Positions 17,065-26,331 of a DNA stretch of 64,000 nt are shown here, in pieces; position 1 is the stretch's first letter; every line of letters starts with the position of its first letter. The stretch is from positions 2,669 to 66,668 of IMG/VR virus record IMGVR_UViG_3300029288_000011; one strand, 5' to 3'. The notes below the pieces were generated by a model that had not been told where the DNA came from, did no database searches, and saw only the letters and a list, made by a program, of their open reading frames with translations. Both the position numbers and the translations under genes were made by a program. This DNA is from a virus. Lineage: Duplodnaviria > Caudoviricetes.

Positions 17065-17240
17065 TGTTGGTCCAATGTCCTTACTGCTTCGGTAAGGCAG
17101 TTATCTGCTGCGGTCTGTGTGGTGGTCGCAAAGTGGTTCCAAAAGAGGCTGCAAACCAATACAGAAAACTTGCGAATCCTACTGTGGATGACAGGATTAG
17201 GATACGAGAGCAGTTCAAGGCAAAGGAGGGGGAGGGATGA
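17064..17240 (+). CDS. Small CxxCxG zinc-finger protein
   Basis: CPYCFG...CGLCGG; start moved to ATG 17064. Confidence 0.6.
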   Translation: MLVQCPYCFGKAVICCGLCGGRKVVPKEAANQYRKLANPTVDDRIRIREQFKAKEGEG

Positions 17241-17428
17241 TACTAGCCCTGAAACTATACAAGCTCTGTCCATCCTGGCGGTATCACGTTAGGCGCACAT
17301 GGGCTATGGAGCCGCCGTTTAGGACGCATTGGTTCTGTAAGCATTGTCCTATAAAGATGTTCAACGGGATAGGAATGGCGTGGAGACGAACAAGAGACAG
17401 GGCCGCACTCGCGGCAAAGGACAACTGA
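17237..17428 (+). CDS. Hypothetical protein
   Basis: ATGA overlap; CKHC. Confidence 0.5.
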   Translation: MILALKLYKLCPSWRYHVRRTWAMEPPFRTHWFCKHCPIKMFNGIGMAWRRTRDRAALAAKDN

Positions 17429-17604
17429 TGCTGCTGCGTATAACTGCCCCGCATTTTGTAGCAGGAATGGACACGGAAACCAGAGAATGTGCCCCGATTA
17501 TTAATTATATGAAGATGTGGACTATTGGCGGTATCAAGTCTTATTGTGAAAAGAAAGGTTGGAAGTGCGAAAAGATAGACAAGAAGGAGGGGGAGCATGA
17601 GTGA
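17428..17604 (+). CDS. Hypothetical protein
   Basis: TGATG coupling at 17426-17430. Confidence 0.55.
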   Translation: MLLRITAPHFVAGMDTETRECAPIINYMKMWTIGGIKSYCEKKGWKCEKIDKKEGEHE

Positions 17605-18049
17605 GCGAAGGTTTTATATAGCAGAAATAGAGGAGAATGATGGAACATACAAAAACCCAGAAGTAATCACCGAGTCTGTGCTGAGGCGGTGGGCAATCCA
17701 AATGTTCAATGCTCAATGGACTTGTGCTGATGATGTGAGAATTGACATCCTACTCCACGGCTCGGGGGAGAAGGGCGATGACTTACCTCCCCGTGAGATG
17801 AGGGCAGAGCCGTATTACAAGAAGCTCGGTGAGGGGGAGAAGGAAGTAAAGGTCAACCACGAACAGTTTGAAGCTGTACGAGCAGCAATGCCCTCCCCCG
17901 CGCCGACAAGGGCGGAGTGGGAAGCGTGGATAAACAGATTTCCGTGGGTGTATTTGCAGGATTGCACCGTAATGGGAACAGGATATGATAATGGGGCAGA
18001 AAGGTTAAGGGACTGGTTCAAGTCCATGCCAATCATTCCCAAGGAGTGA
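17597..18049 (+). CDS. Hypothetical protein
   Basis: ORF track, RBS GGAGGGGGAG. Confidence 0.6.
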   Translation: MSERRFYIAEIEENDGTYKNPEVITESVLRRWAIQMFNAQWTCADDVRIDILLHGSGEKGDDLPPREMRAEPYYKKLGEGEKEVKVNHEQFEAVRAAMPSPAPTRAEWEAWINRFPWVYLQDCTVMGTGYDNGAERLRDWFKSMPIIPKE

Positions 18050-18187
18050 ACCCCCACGCCGACAAGGGAGGAATGGGCTCACAAACTGGCCCATGCGCTA
18101 TGTACGAAGGACTATTTTAGCCATGAGACACAAAGGGAAGAGGTAGAAAACTTACTTCTTTCCATGCCCATCGTGCCGAAAGGATGA
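18050..18187 (+). pseudogene. Start-less 45-codon paralogue of the C-terminal domain of 17597-18049
   Basis: In frame directly after TGA 18047-18049: TPTPTREEW...SMPIVPKG versus SPAPTRAEW...SMPIIPKE. Confidence 0.55.
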
Positions 18188-18191
18188 ACTA

Positions 18192-18365
18192 ATGAACAAA
18201 TCAAAACTACTCCGCGACAGAGACATAGCTATCATACTATCCACAATACATCTCTCTAAGCGTGAGAAACGAACTAGATCAACAACCTATACAGTTACTC
18301 TACCAACACTATTATTAATCATACTAGCAATAGCCTTATTATTAACCTCACACCTAACCTACTAG
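18192..18365 (+). CDS. Small membrane protein, 57 aa
   Basis: C-terminal TM segment LLLIILAIALLL; below track cutoff. Confidence 0.5.
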   Translation: MNKSKLLRDRDIAIILSTIHLSKREKRTRSTTYTVTLPTLLLIILAIALLLTSHLTY

Positions 18366-18377
18366 GAGGAACCCGAC

Positions 18378-19100
18378 ATGATACCTACTATGATGAATGA
18401 CCTAACCAATCCCCCACTTGACAATGTTGCAGTCTACCTAAGTGGTGGTATAGACTCGTCCGTGGTGCTTTATCACGTGACTAAAAAATGCAAAAACGTT
18501 CGCACGTATACGGCAGTTTTTGGTGTATCTAATGACGAGTCTGCCAAAGCTCAACGCGTGGCTAACTATTTTGGCACAACACACACTGAGGTATTTATAT
18601 TCAAGTCTGATATACTAGACTCTCTCCCATATGTAATGCGTCTATTCGACAGACCTCGATACAACATCTGGCCGTTTTTTCTGGCTAGACGTGCCTTCTA
18701 TGATGAGGTTAAAACAGCCTACATAGGTGAGGGGTCAGATGAGATATTTGGTTATCCCGATCGTGGTTACCTCGAAGGCTGGGCCGGGCAGTTGATTTAT
18801 GTACGTCCAACCTATGATATAGTCAACTCCCACTTCGGCATCACTCTCAAAGCCCCGTTCACTGAGTTACACCACAAGCTCATAGCAGACTACGGTTCCC
18901 AGTCCGCACCGTTAGCATACTTCGATCCACCCAACAAATCCTACCTTCGTTCAGCATATAAACGTCTCTTGCCAGACTGGATACTCAACACTCCCACAAC
19001 TGCACCAGCATTTACTAACTACACCGAACTTGGGATCACTAAACATGAATTCCAAATCGCAGCTACACGTGCATGGTTGGGGGTGCATGATGTTCACTAA
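18378..19100 (+). CDS. Asparagine-synthase-like ATP pyrophosphatase domain (no glutaminase domain)
   Basis: PP-loop YLSGGIDSS; GEGSDEIFGY; THTEV. Confidence 0.8.
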   Translation: MIPTMMNDLTNPPLDNVAVYLSGGIDSSVVLYHVTKKCKNVRTYTAVFGVSNDESAKAQRVANYFGTTHTEVFIFKSDILDSLPYVMRLFDRPRYNIWPFFLARRAFYDEVKTAYIGEGSDEIFGYPDRGYLEGWAGQLIYVRPTYDIVNSHFGITLKAPFTELHHKLIADYGSQSAPLAYFDPPNKSYLRSAYKRLLPDWILNTPTTAPAFTNYTELGITKHEFQIAATRAWLGVHDVH

Positions 19101-19839
19101 ACTAACCATCGAACTCACCAACATCTGCAACTTATCATGTGATCCTTGTCCACGTCACCACCTAAAAATGAACTTTGGCTACATGAACGAGCAGCTATTC
19201 TATAAGTTGCTAGACCAATGTCCCCCAGGTACCACTATCCTACCGTTCTGGCGTGGTGAATCGCTCCTACACCCACAGGCTATTGAGCTGCTCTATTACG
19301 CAGTTTCCCGTAAATTAGATGTTGTGTTAGCAACCAACGGTTCCCGAATGGTTGAACTACACCAACAAATCGGCCTCATAAAAAAGCTAAAAGCGATCAA
19401 CGTGAGCTTACATAACATCGACTCATATTCAGCCTACCTATGGCTCCAAGAACTCAAACACGCTACAAACTCACCAATCGACATACAACTATCCTATGTC
19501 GAAGGTGAACACACCGACGTTCCAGAGGAGTTATTTAACCACTTAAACCTTCGCCGTTATAAACAACACTCCTTCAACGGTGTATGGGGATGCACCGATG
19601 CTGAACCAGTATTATACCAAGACTGGTGTCAGCGTTTAGACACTGACCTAGTAATCACGTGGGATGGTAAAGTCTCACGTTGCTGCTATGTGTGGCAACC
19701 AATAGAAGGTTTAGATGCTAACACACAAACTCTGGAATCCATACAATATCATCCAAATTATAGTCGTATCATTACTAACTATCCCGACCGCATTTGCTCT
19801 GCGTGTGACCAATGGCGAGGCGGGGGTAGAACTCTCTAA
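19087..19839 (+). CDS. Radical SAM / SPASM protein
   Basis: CNLSCDPC; ITWDGKVSRCC; CSAC. Confidence 0.85.
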   Translation: MMFTKLTIELTNICNLSCDPCPRHHLKMNFGYMNEQLFYKLLDQCPPGTTILPFWRGESLLHPQAIELLYYAVSRKLDVVLATNGSRMVELHQQIGLIKKLKAINVSLHNIDSYSAYLWLQELKHATNSPIDIQLSYVEGEHTDVPEELFNHLNLRRYKQHSFNGVWGCTDAEPVLYQDWCQRLDTDLVITWDGKVSRCCYVWQPIEGLDANTQTLESIQYHPNYSRIITNYPDRICSACDQWRGGGRTL

Positions 19840-19854
19840 CCCAGGAGTCAAACT

Positions 19855-20670
19855 ATGGACATTTTAATCCTTGGTGGCGATGGCATGTTGGGGCATCAGT
19901 TACTTAAATCCCTAAGTCATAAACACTACGTAAAAGCAACCATTCACGGGCCGGAGATGTTTGGTAGAATCAACACATTTCCATATGTTGACGTCACAAA
20001 CACAGACCACTTAACAGAAATACTCTCTGAATTTCACCCTAAAGTTGTTATCAATGCAGTGGGTTTCGTTAAACAACGGTTTCATGACTACGTCAAAAAC
20101 ATCGAAGTAAACGCTTTGTTTCCACACAAACTAAACAACCTCTGTAAGTCTATTCATGCGCGACTTATACACATCAGCACGGACTGTGTGTTTAGTGGTA
20201 ACAATAGCAGCTACACAGAACAACATACACCTGATCCTGTTGACATCTATGGTATGACAAAACTACTTGGTGAAATTCACTCATCTTATGGTTGTCTTAC
20301 TCTACGCACGTCATTCATAGGACGTGAACTTAAGAATAAGTTAGGTTTACTTGAGTGGTTTCTAGGTCAAACCGGGACGAGTGTAAACGGCTACATAAAC
20401 GCTGTTTTCAGTGGCCTAACCACCATCGAATTTGGGCGTGTTATAGAGATGATACTAGACTCCCACGAACTACATGGTCTACTTAACGTATCTGGTTATC
20501 CCATTAATAAGTATGATCTCTTACTTAAACTCCGTGCTAAATTCAACCTAAACATAGACATCAAACCATGTATGGAACCAGTGATTAATAGGTCGTTAGA
20601 TTCATCCAAGTTTATGAAACGCTTCAACTACCAGCCCCCAACCTGGGATTCGTTGATTGAGGAACTATGA
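19855..20670 (+). CDS. dTDP-4-dehydrorhamnose reductase (RmlD/RfbD) family SDR
   Basis: ILGGDGMLG, HISTDCVFSG, YGMTK. Confidence 0.9.
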   Translation: MDILILGGDGMLGHQLLKSLSHKHYVKATIHGPEMFGRINTFPYVDVTNTDHLTEILSEFHPKVVINAVGFVKQRFHDYVKNIEVNALFPHKLNNLCKSIHARLIHISTDCVFSGNNSSYTEQHTPDPVDIYGMTKLLGEIHSSYGCLTLRTSFIGRELKNKLGLLEWFLGQTGTSVNGYINAVFSGLTTIEFGRVIEMILDSHELHGLLNVSGYPINKYDLLLKLRAKFNLNIDIKPCMEPVINRSLDSSKFMKRFNYQPPTWDSLIEEL

Positions 20671-21617
20671 AAATCCTTCACTACCATCACAACGGCGTGG
20701 GTGTGGTGCTTAGCAACGAAATGAACACCAGACCTAACATCACATCAAAGGTGTTCACCACCGCCAGACATCCTTTTGGGTTTAAGGCTGACTACGTGCT
20801 ACCACCCAATATACCAATTCTAGGTTCACAAAACCTTTCATATTGGATATTGTTTAGTACACTACACAAACGTTATGATATATTACATAGTCATGATGGA
20901 ATTCCCCTACCACAACGTGTATTACGCAAATGGTCTGGCCGGGTTGTGCAGCACTACCACAATCCATTATTTACTGACTTCTACCCACACACTCCCATAC
21001 CATCGTTCGTATCAACGCCAGCCATGACATTAACTATCCCAAATTCTGTGTGGATGCCACTACCTATAGACCCACTTAAATTCCATCCAGGTGTTAGACT
21101 TTATAACCCATACAATCCAGTTATAGGATTCTCATACAATATAAGCGCAGACAAGAATAAACTAAAATACATTCCACTTAATGAACTTATGCAGTTCTCA
21201 CGGGACTGTAAACAAGTCATCATGAAAGGTTTATCTGATTCTATTCATCATACCAAAATGCCAGCCTACTACCAATCAATAGACATTTATGTGGATCGCT
21301 TGGGACTGGACTCCTATGGTTGGCAAGCTATCGAAGCGGCGGCGTGTGGGTGCGTGGTAGTTACTCAAGCCAAGAACTCTCCAGAAGATTGTCCATTTAG
21401 TTATGCAACTCCAGAGACACTTTCTAACGTGCTAGAATCCATCATAACTCTACCAGTTAAGATGTTCATAAACATGAAACATCAATCCATTGAATACGCC
21501 AATAAATATCACAACGTCTCAACACTCGTTGACAGATACCTACAATATTACTCTAACCTAGGAGACCTAAATGCTTTTAAAAACTGCATGGAGCACACTA
21601 GCATTACTGCTATATAA
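20667..21617 (+). CDS. GT-B fold glycosyltransferase (GT4-like)
   Basis: YQSIDIYVDRLGLDSYGWQAIEAAACGCVVV. Confidence 0.8.
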   Translation: MKILHYHHNGVGVVLSNEMNTRPNITSKVFTTARHPFGFKADYVLPPNIPILGSQNLSYWILFSTLHKRYDILHSHDGIPLPQRVLRKWSGRVVQHYHNPLFTDFYPHTPIPSFVSTPAMTLTIPNSVWMPLPIDPLKFHPGVRLYNPYNPVIGFSYNISADKNKLKYIPLNELMQFSRDCKQVIMKGLSDSIHHTKMPAYYQSIDIYVDRLGLDSYGWQAIEAAACGCVVVTQAKNSPEDCPFSYATPETLSNVLESIITLPVKMFINMKHQSIEYANKYHNVSTLVDRYLQYYSNLGDLNAFKNCMEHTSITAI

Positions 21618-22599
21618 GCGTCAGAGTCAATGGGCCGTGCCAACATCATTAGGTGTATGTCTGACAGATAGATGCAACATCAAATGCACCTACTGTATGC
21701 GAGAAACGTTTAAACCACCAAGCGGTGAGTTAGACCTAGACGATATTCAAGTTATGTTACGTAATGCACCTACTGTTACAGGCGTCTGTATTATGGGTTT
21801 GTGTGAACCTTATTGTAATCCTAATACGAGTCGTATCATCAAATGGTTAAAAGATGAAGGTCACTACAGTATATCATTCACTACAAATTGTACCATCCCA
21901 TTCACACCCGTTAAATTAGATGCACTTCGACGCGTTGATGACATGGCCGTGAGTATAGACTCAGCTGATCCAGTGGTGTTTCGTGAATTAAGAGGTACTA
22001 GCTTAGACACAGTCATGACCCACCTAACCGATATTATTCGTTATAAACGTGTGCTCAAGTTAACCGCCACTGACTCACCACCCATTCACATCAATGCTGT
22101 AATAACTCAACGTAACTGGTCTGGCATACCAGACCTAATAAAAATGTTCGAACCCTATGCTAACGACCTAACCTACCTAATGCTAGACCCATGCACACGA
22201 CCTGATTACTCAAAGGCAGACGTATTTACATCAACTGAGAAACCGTCTAACTTCGACGACTTTAAACACCTTGCCAAACTCTCACCACTTAAAGTCATAG
22301 GTTTCGACTACATGTTCCAGCCATCTAGTGAGTGGTCTACCTGCTCAATGTCGTGGTTAGGCCCATTCGTACAACCCAACGGTGACGTTTATCCTTGTTA
22401 TGGTTATAGAACTGTCGTTGGTAACATCTATCGTGAATCCCTACTCCACGCCTGGAACTCCCCACTCATACGAGAGTTTCGACGTTCCTTACAAACTCCC
22501 TATCCACCGTTAGTTCAATGTCGTTTCTGTAACTTCGCCCGTCCTAAATGGCAAGTAGGTGGTGCATACAATAAACTCCACGAGGATCAAGACAAATGA
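21571..22599 (+). CDS. Radical SAM / SPASM protein
   Basis: CNIKCTYC; VQPNGDVYPC; CRFC. Confidence 0.85.
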   Translation: MLLKTAWSTLALLLYKRQSQWAVPTSLGVCLTDRCNIKCTYCMRETFKPPSGELDLDDIQVMLRNAPTVTGVCIMGLCEPYCNPNTSRIIKWLKDEGHYSISFTTNCTIPFTPVKLDALRRVDDMAVSIDSADPVVFRELRGTSLDTVMTHLTDIIRYKRVLKLTATDSPPIHINAVITQRNWSGIPDLIKMFEPYANDLTYLMLDPCTRPDYSKADVFTSTEKPSNFDDFKHLAKLSPLKVIGFDYMFQPSSEWSTCSMSWLGPFVQPNGDVYPCYGYRTVVGNIYRESLLHAWNSPLIREFRRSLQTPYPPLVQCRFCNFARPKWQVGGAYNKLHEDQDK

Positions 22600-23297
22600 C
22601 AGACTTTGATTATCAGTGGAAATACTTATCCAACTCACCCTATTTAGAACACAACTCAGATAGGGTGAAAGAACTCCTAGACCTAACAATGCTACCGCCT
22701 GAGTGGTTTAATGGTAAGTATTGCCTAGACGTTGGCTGTGGTTCGGGACGCTACACATATGCTATGCAACAACTAGGTGCAAAGGTTATATCAATAGACA
22801 ACAGCATCTATGCACTCCAGCTAACAAGTCAAATAAACAAACACGTCTTTCTACATGACATCACCAAAGCACCGTTTTTTATACGTGGTTGTGCATTAAC
22901 ATTCTGCTATGGTGTGATCCACCACACACCCAACCCTAGAAAAGCCTTCTCAAACCTAGCAAAGGGTGTACCTAGTGGAGGTTATTTATTTGTTATGGTA
23001 TACCGTGACTCTCCCGTTCAAAAACGGTACGAAGGTTTCAGAAAACTATTTAAATCCCTACCTGCTGTAATGAGGTTACCTTTTGTTTATATGATTACTC
23101 TAGTGTTCCGTTATAATTACATCCCACCATTTTATCATCCAGTTCATACAGTTCATGGTTGGTGGGACGCATTAAGTCCGACATACAACTTCACATTCAC
23201 CGAGGACGAAATAGTAACGTGGTTTAGAGAAGAAGGGTTTAGTAACTTATACACTTCTACCCTACCTAACATATGTATGACAGGACTAAAACTATGA
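22596..23297 (+). CDS. Class I SAM-dependent methyltransferase
   Basis: CLDVGCGSGRY; YGVIHHTP. Confidence 0.85.
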   Translation: MTDFDYQWKYLSNSPYLEHNSDRVKELLDLTMLPPEWFNGKYCLDVGCGSGRYTYAMQQLGAKVISIDNSIYALQLTSQINKHVFLHDITKAPFFIRGCALTFCYGVIHHTPNPRKAFSNLAKGVPSGGYLFVMVYRDSPVQKRYEGFRKLFKSLPAVMRLPFVYMITLVFRYNYIPPFYHPVHTVHGWWDALSPTYNFTFTEDEIVTWFREEGFSNLYTSTLPNICMTGLKL

Positions 23298-23938
23298 AAA
23301 TCCTCTTTGTCCCACACGATGCAGGTAACTTTGCTCCGTTGGTAGCTAAGTGTCTACGTGACCAAGGTTACGATGCTAGGTGTATAATTTTTTCACAATC
23401 GTATCTAAGTTATAAGGTTCAACCACCAGACAAAGTAATCGGCGGTCGTGGTGTGTGGTCACTATTAATATTAGAACTAAAACGCTGGCTCGTGTTGTAT
23501 GAGGCACTTAGTTATGATGTGATTGTTTTTACCTTTGGTAGTACCATCCTCCCGAACCCGGCGTTTATAGGTTGGGGATTGAGTAGTAAAATTTCACTAA
23601 AAATGCGTATGTTTTATTCATGTATAGTCTATCCATTCAGTTATCTAATGTTAGATGTTTGGTTGTTACATAAACTACACAAACGCATAGGTGTATTGTT
23701 CCAGGGCGGCGACGCGCGTAGAGGTGACATACTACGTACGCGTGGGTATCCAGACATAGACGAAGAACCCAAGGGTTATTATATTAACTTCATTGACAGA
23801 TTAAAGTCCCGGCGTGCCAAACTTTGGGACAAATATGCTGATGTTATTTGGTACCACAACCCCGATCTCTGGTGGGGACTACCTAAACGCTCAACCTTTA
23901 TGCCGTACCCAATAGAGACTAACCATGAAACGTTCTGA
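23294..23938 (+). CDS. Glycosyltransferase N-terminal Rossmann half
   Basis: MKILFVP, YDVIVF, LFQGGDAR; lacks the C-terminal donor-binding motif. Confidence 0.6.
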   Translation: MKILFVPHDAGNFAPLVAKCLRDQGYDARCIIFSQSYLSYKVQPPDKVIGGRGVWSLLILELKRWLVLYEALSYDVIVFTFGSTILPNPAFIGWGLSSKISLKMRMFYSCIVYPFSYLMLDVWLLHKLHKRIGVLFQGGDARRGDILRTRGYPDIDEEPKGYYINFIDRLKSRRAKLWDKYADVIWYHNPDLWWGLPKRSTFMPYPIETNHETF

Positions 23939-24281
23939 TATACGTAGACTCTACGTCCATAACCGCATGATCCTAATGAAAGGATTTAATGAGGTTGGTA
24001 TAGTTATAAGTATCTGGAACACGTCTATGCTACTGTTGCTTACGTTGTCTAACTTATTTGGACGGTCTATTAAAGTTGTGTGGATGGTGGTTATAGCTAT
24101 ACCTACTATTGTAGTTGTCTTTTATTTAGTAGGTCTCCTACTCTACAAACGCGGCTTCATGAACGCGGAGTCAGAATGGATAGCAAGTGTAAGTCCTCCA
24201 CATATGGACATAATCAAACGTCTAGACCACATAGAAAAGGAGCTACAGGATGTCAAGACTAACATTCGGACACATAGTTAA
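23925..24281 (+). CDS. Two-TM membrane protein with C-terminal coiled coil
   Basis: Hydrophobic segments, then IIKRLDHIEKELQ. Confidence 0.65.
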   Translation: MKRSDIRRLYVHNRMILMKGFNEVGIVISIWNTSMLLLLTLSNLFGRSIKVVWMVVIAIPTIVVVFYLVGLLLYKRGFMNAESEWIASVSPPHMDIIKRLDHIEKELQDVKTNIRTHS

Positions 24282-24843
24282 CCACCGTGAGCCAAAAGGT
24301 AGTCGTTTCGTATTAGACGCTGTTCATAAAGCACGTATGTCAGGTGCAGACTTCGGGTTTATATTTGCTGAACGTCTCTCATATCAGGAGGCTATGAAGT
24401 TATACCCCCAAATTGATGTGTTGCTTGAGCAGTTTGTTATAGGCTGGTATGGTCTACAAGCATGTGAGTTTGCACTCATGGGTAAGCCGGTTGTAGTCTA
24501 TCTACGTGAGGCTGACGGCCCGCCGCTGGTACCTAGCCAACTCTGGCAGGACATACCATTTATCAACGCCACTCCAGATCAAATCCCTGGTGTGATTATA
24601 AACATCACCAAGATGTCAACTCTTGCTCTAACTGAATTAGGAAAACGCGGCATAGCCTTCGTTAAGAAATATCATTCAAACACTGTAGTAACCCAACAAG
24701 TCATGAATGAGTTATTAACCCTACCAAATCACTCGGAATTAAACGAATCTCACGGAAAACTTTCCCCTAAGGAGGTGCATTGTGATGAAAAAGGTAATCC
24801 TATTAGCGTGGCTGCTTCAAATAGTGATCTACCCAAACTATAA
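24250..24843 (+). CDS. Glycosyltransferase C-terminal Rossmann half
   Basis: IDVLLEQFVIGWYGLQACEFALMGKPVVVY. Confidence 0.7.
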   Translation: MSRLTFGHIVNHREPKGSRFVLDAVHKARMSGADFGFIFAERLSYQEAMKLYPQIDVLLEQFVIGWYGLQACEFALMGKPVVVYLREADGPPLVPSQLWQDIPFINATPDQIPGVIINITKMSTLALTELGKRGIAFVKKYHSNTVVTQQVMNELLTLPNHSELNESHGKLSPKEVHCDEKGNPISVAASNSDLPKL

Positions 24844-25033
24844 AGGCATCCAAGGTGAGGTTGACTACTCTCGTCCAGCCATCGTGATTGACAAGGACGA
24901 AGTCTACCAAACCATACCAGGTACAACAGAACGTGACTACACTAAACCTAGCTACACTATAGAAGACAAACGTCCAGATACACGTAGACATCATCAACGT
25001 TACATAATCGACATGGAGGACCCGTTGGAATGA
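24782..25033 (+). CDS. Hypothetical protein with hydrophobic N-terminus
   Basis: MKKVILLAWLLQIVIY; RBS AAGGAGG. Confidence 0.55.
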   Translation: MMKKVILLAWLLQIVIYPNYKGIQGEVDYSRPAIVIDKDEVYQTIPGTTERDYTKPSYTIEDKRPDTRRHHQRYIIDMEDPLE

Positions 25034-26331
25034 ACATATTCACTATCAACCTATCAGACATAACTATCCCACCAACTCGTCAACGTACTGACAAGGACGA
25101 CAAATACATTGACCAGTTATCCGAATCCATCCGTATGATAGGCCAAATCAACCCTATTATACTTGACGAAACCAACACCCTCATAGCAGGTTGGTGTCGT
25201 ATCAAGGCGTTTGAGTTGCTAGGACGCACCGAAATCTATGCACGTCGTTGGGAGGACTTGGACCAATATGAAAAAGAACTTATCGAGTTCGAAGAAAACG
25301 TTAGACGTAAAAATCTATCCTATAACGAACAGTTGCTCGCTGAACTTGCACTCCATGAACGATTCCAGCAGTATCACGGCGTACAGAAGTCCCCATTTTA
25401 CGGCCACGTTTCTAAAGGACGACCCAAATGGCGAGTGGAAGACATGGCTAACTTTATGGGATTCTCAATAGGTAAAATGAGTGAGCGTCTCAAGCTCGCA
25501 CAAGAAATCCGCCGCAACCCTGAGATGGGTGACTTCAAGACCGAATCCCAAGCACGTCACGCTATGGAACGCAAACAAGCACAGGCTATACGTACGGTGT
25601 TAGCTGCTGTTAAGGTGAGTGAACAGAAGGAAACCACACCATCCAACGAACCCAAACCATTATTTGAAACCTATCACCACGGTGACATCACCCTCATTAA
25701 CGCAGACGCCAAACTCGTCATCCCTACCCTACCAGACGACTCTATAAGTTGCCTCATCACCGACCCGCCTTGGAACGTTCTCTTTGATGAGTCATTTGGT
25801 ACAGACACCAAAATAGGACTGGAGTTAACTCATGAGACTCTCAGACTTCTATACCCAAAATTGCAGTCAGGATCATTATGTGTCATGTATTGTGCAACAA
25901 GACACCTTATCACAGGAAAAATTTATGAACTCGTTCAGTCTTGTGGTTATGCTATCTACCCCACTATACATATATGGTACAAACCACACTCTGCAGGAAG
26001 TTCCATACCTTATCGTGAACTCAAGAACGACTACGAACCCGCGCTCTTATTCTCAAAAGGACTCGGAAGAGATTTTCATAGTCCTATGTGGGCAGTTATT
26101 AGTGGTCTAGTAGAAGGCAAACGTTATCATACTGCACAGAAATGTACGGACGTGCTGAAGCAACTCATTCAGAATTTCACGGTTGAAAATGAGTTAGTGA
26201 TTGACCCGTTTATGGGTTCCGGACAGACGATGTTAGCCTGTCGTGCGTTGAAGCGTCGCGGATTGGGTATAGAAAAAGAACCTGACCATTATCATACTGC
26301 TATTTATCTAATGGAGGAACCTCATGTCTGA
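25030..26331 (+). CDS. ParB/Srx-like domain fused to N6A/N4C DNA methyltransferase
   Basis: LSESIRMIGQINPI...LIAGWCR; TDPPW (motif IV); IDPFMGSG (motif I); beta-class motif order. Confidence 0.88.
   Translation: MNIFTINLSDITIPPTRQRTDKDDKYIDQLSESIRMIGQINPIILDETNTLIAGWCRIKAFELLGRTEIYARRWEDLDQYEKELIEFEENVRRKNLSYNEQLLAELALHERFQQYHGVQKSPFYGHVSKGRPKWRVEDMANFMGFSIGKMSERLKLAQEIRRNPEMGDFKTESQARHAMERKQAQAIRTVLAAVKVSEQKETTPSNEPKPLFETYHHGDITLINADAKLVIPTLPDDSISCLITDPPWNVLFDESFGTDTKIGLELTHETLRLLYPKLQSGSLCVMYCATRHLITGKIYELVQSCGYAIYPTIHIWYKPHSAGSSIPYRELKNDYEPALLFSKGLGRDFHSPMWAVISGLVEGKRYHTAQKCTDVLKQLIQNFTVENELVIDPFMGSGQTMLACRALKRRGLGIEKEPDHYHTAIYLMEEPHV

Noticed and set aside
18378-22599. 7-deazaguanine (QueC/QueE) pathway
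   Set aside because: The PP-loop protein lacks the QueC zinc-binding cysteines, both radical SAM proteins have SPASM domains, and no folE, queD or dpdA is visible
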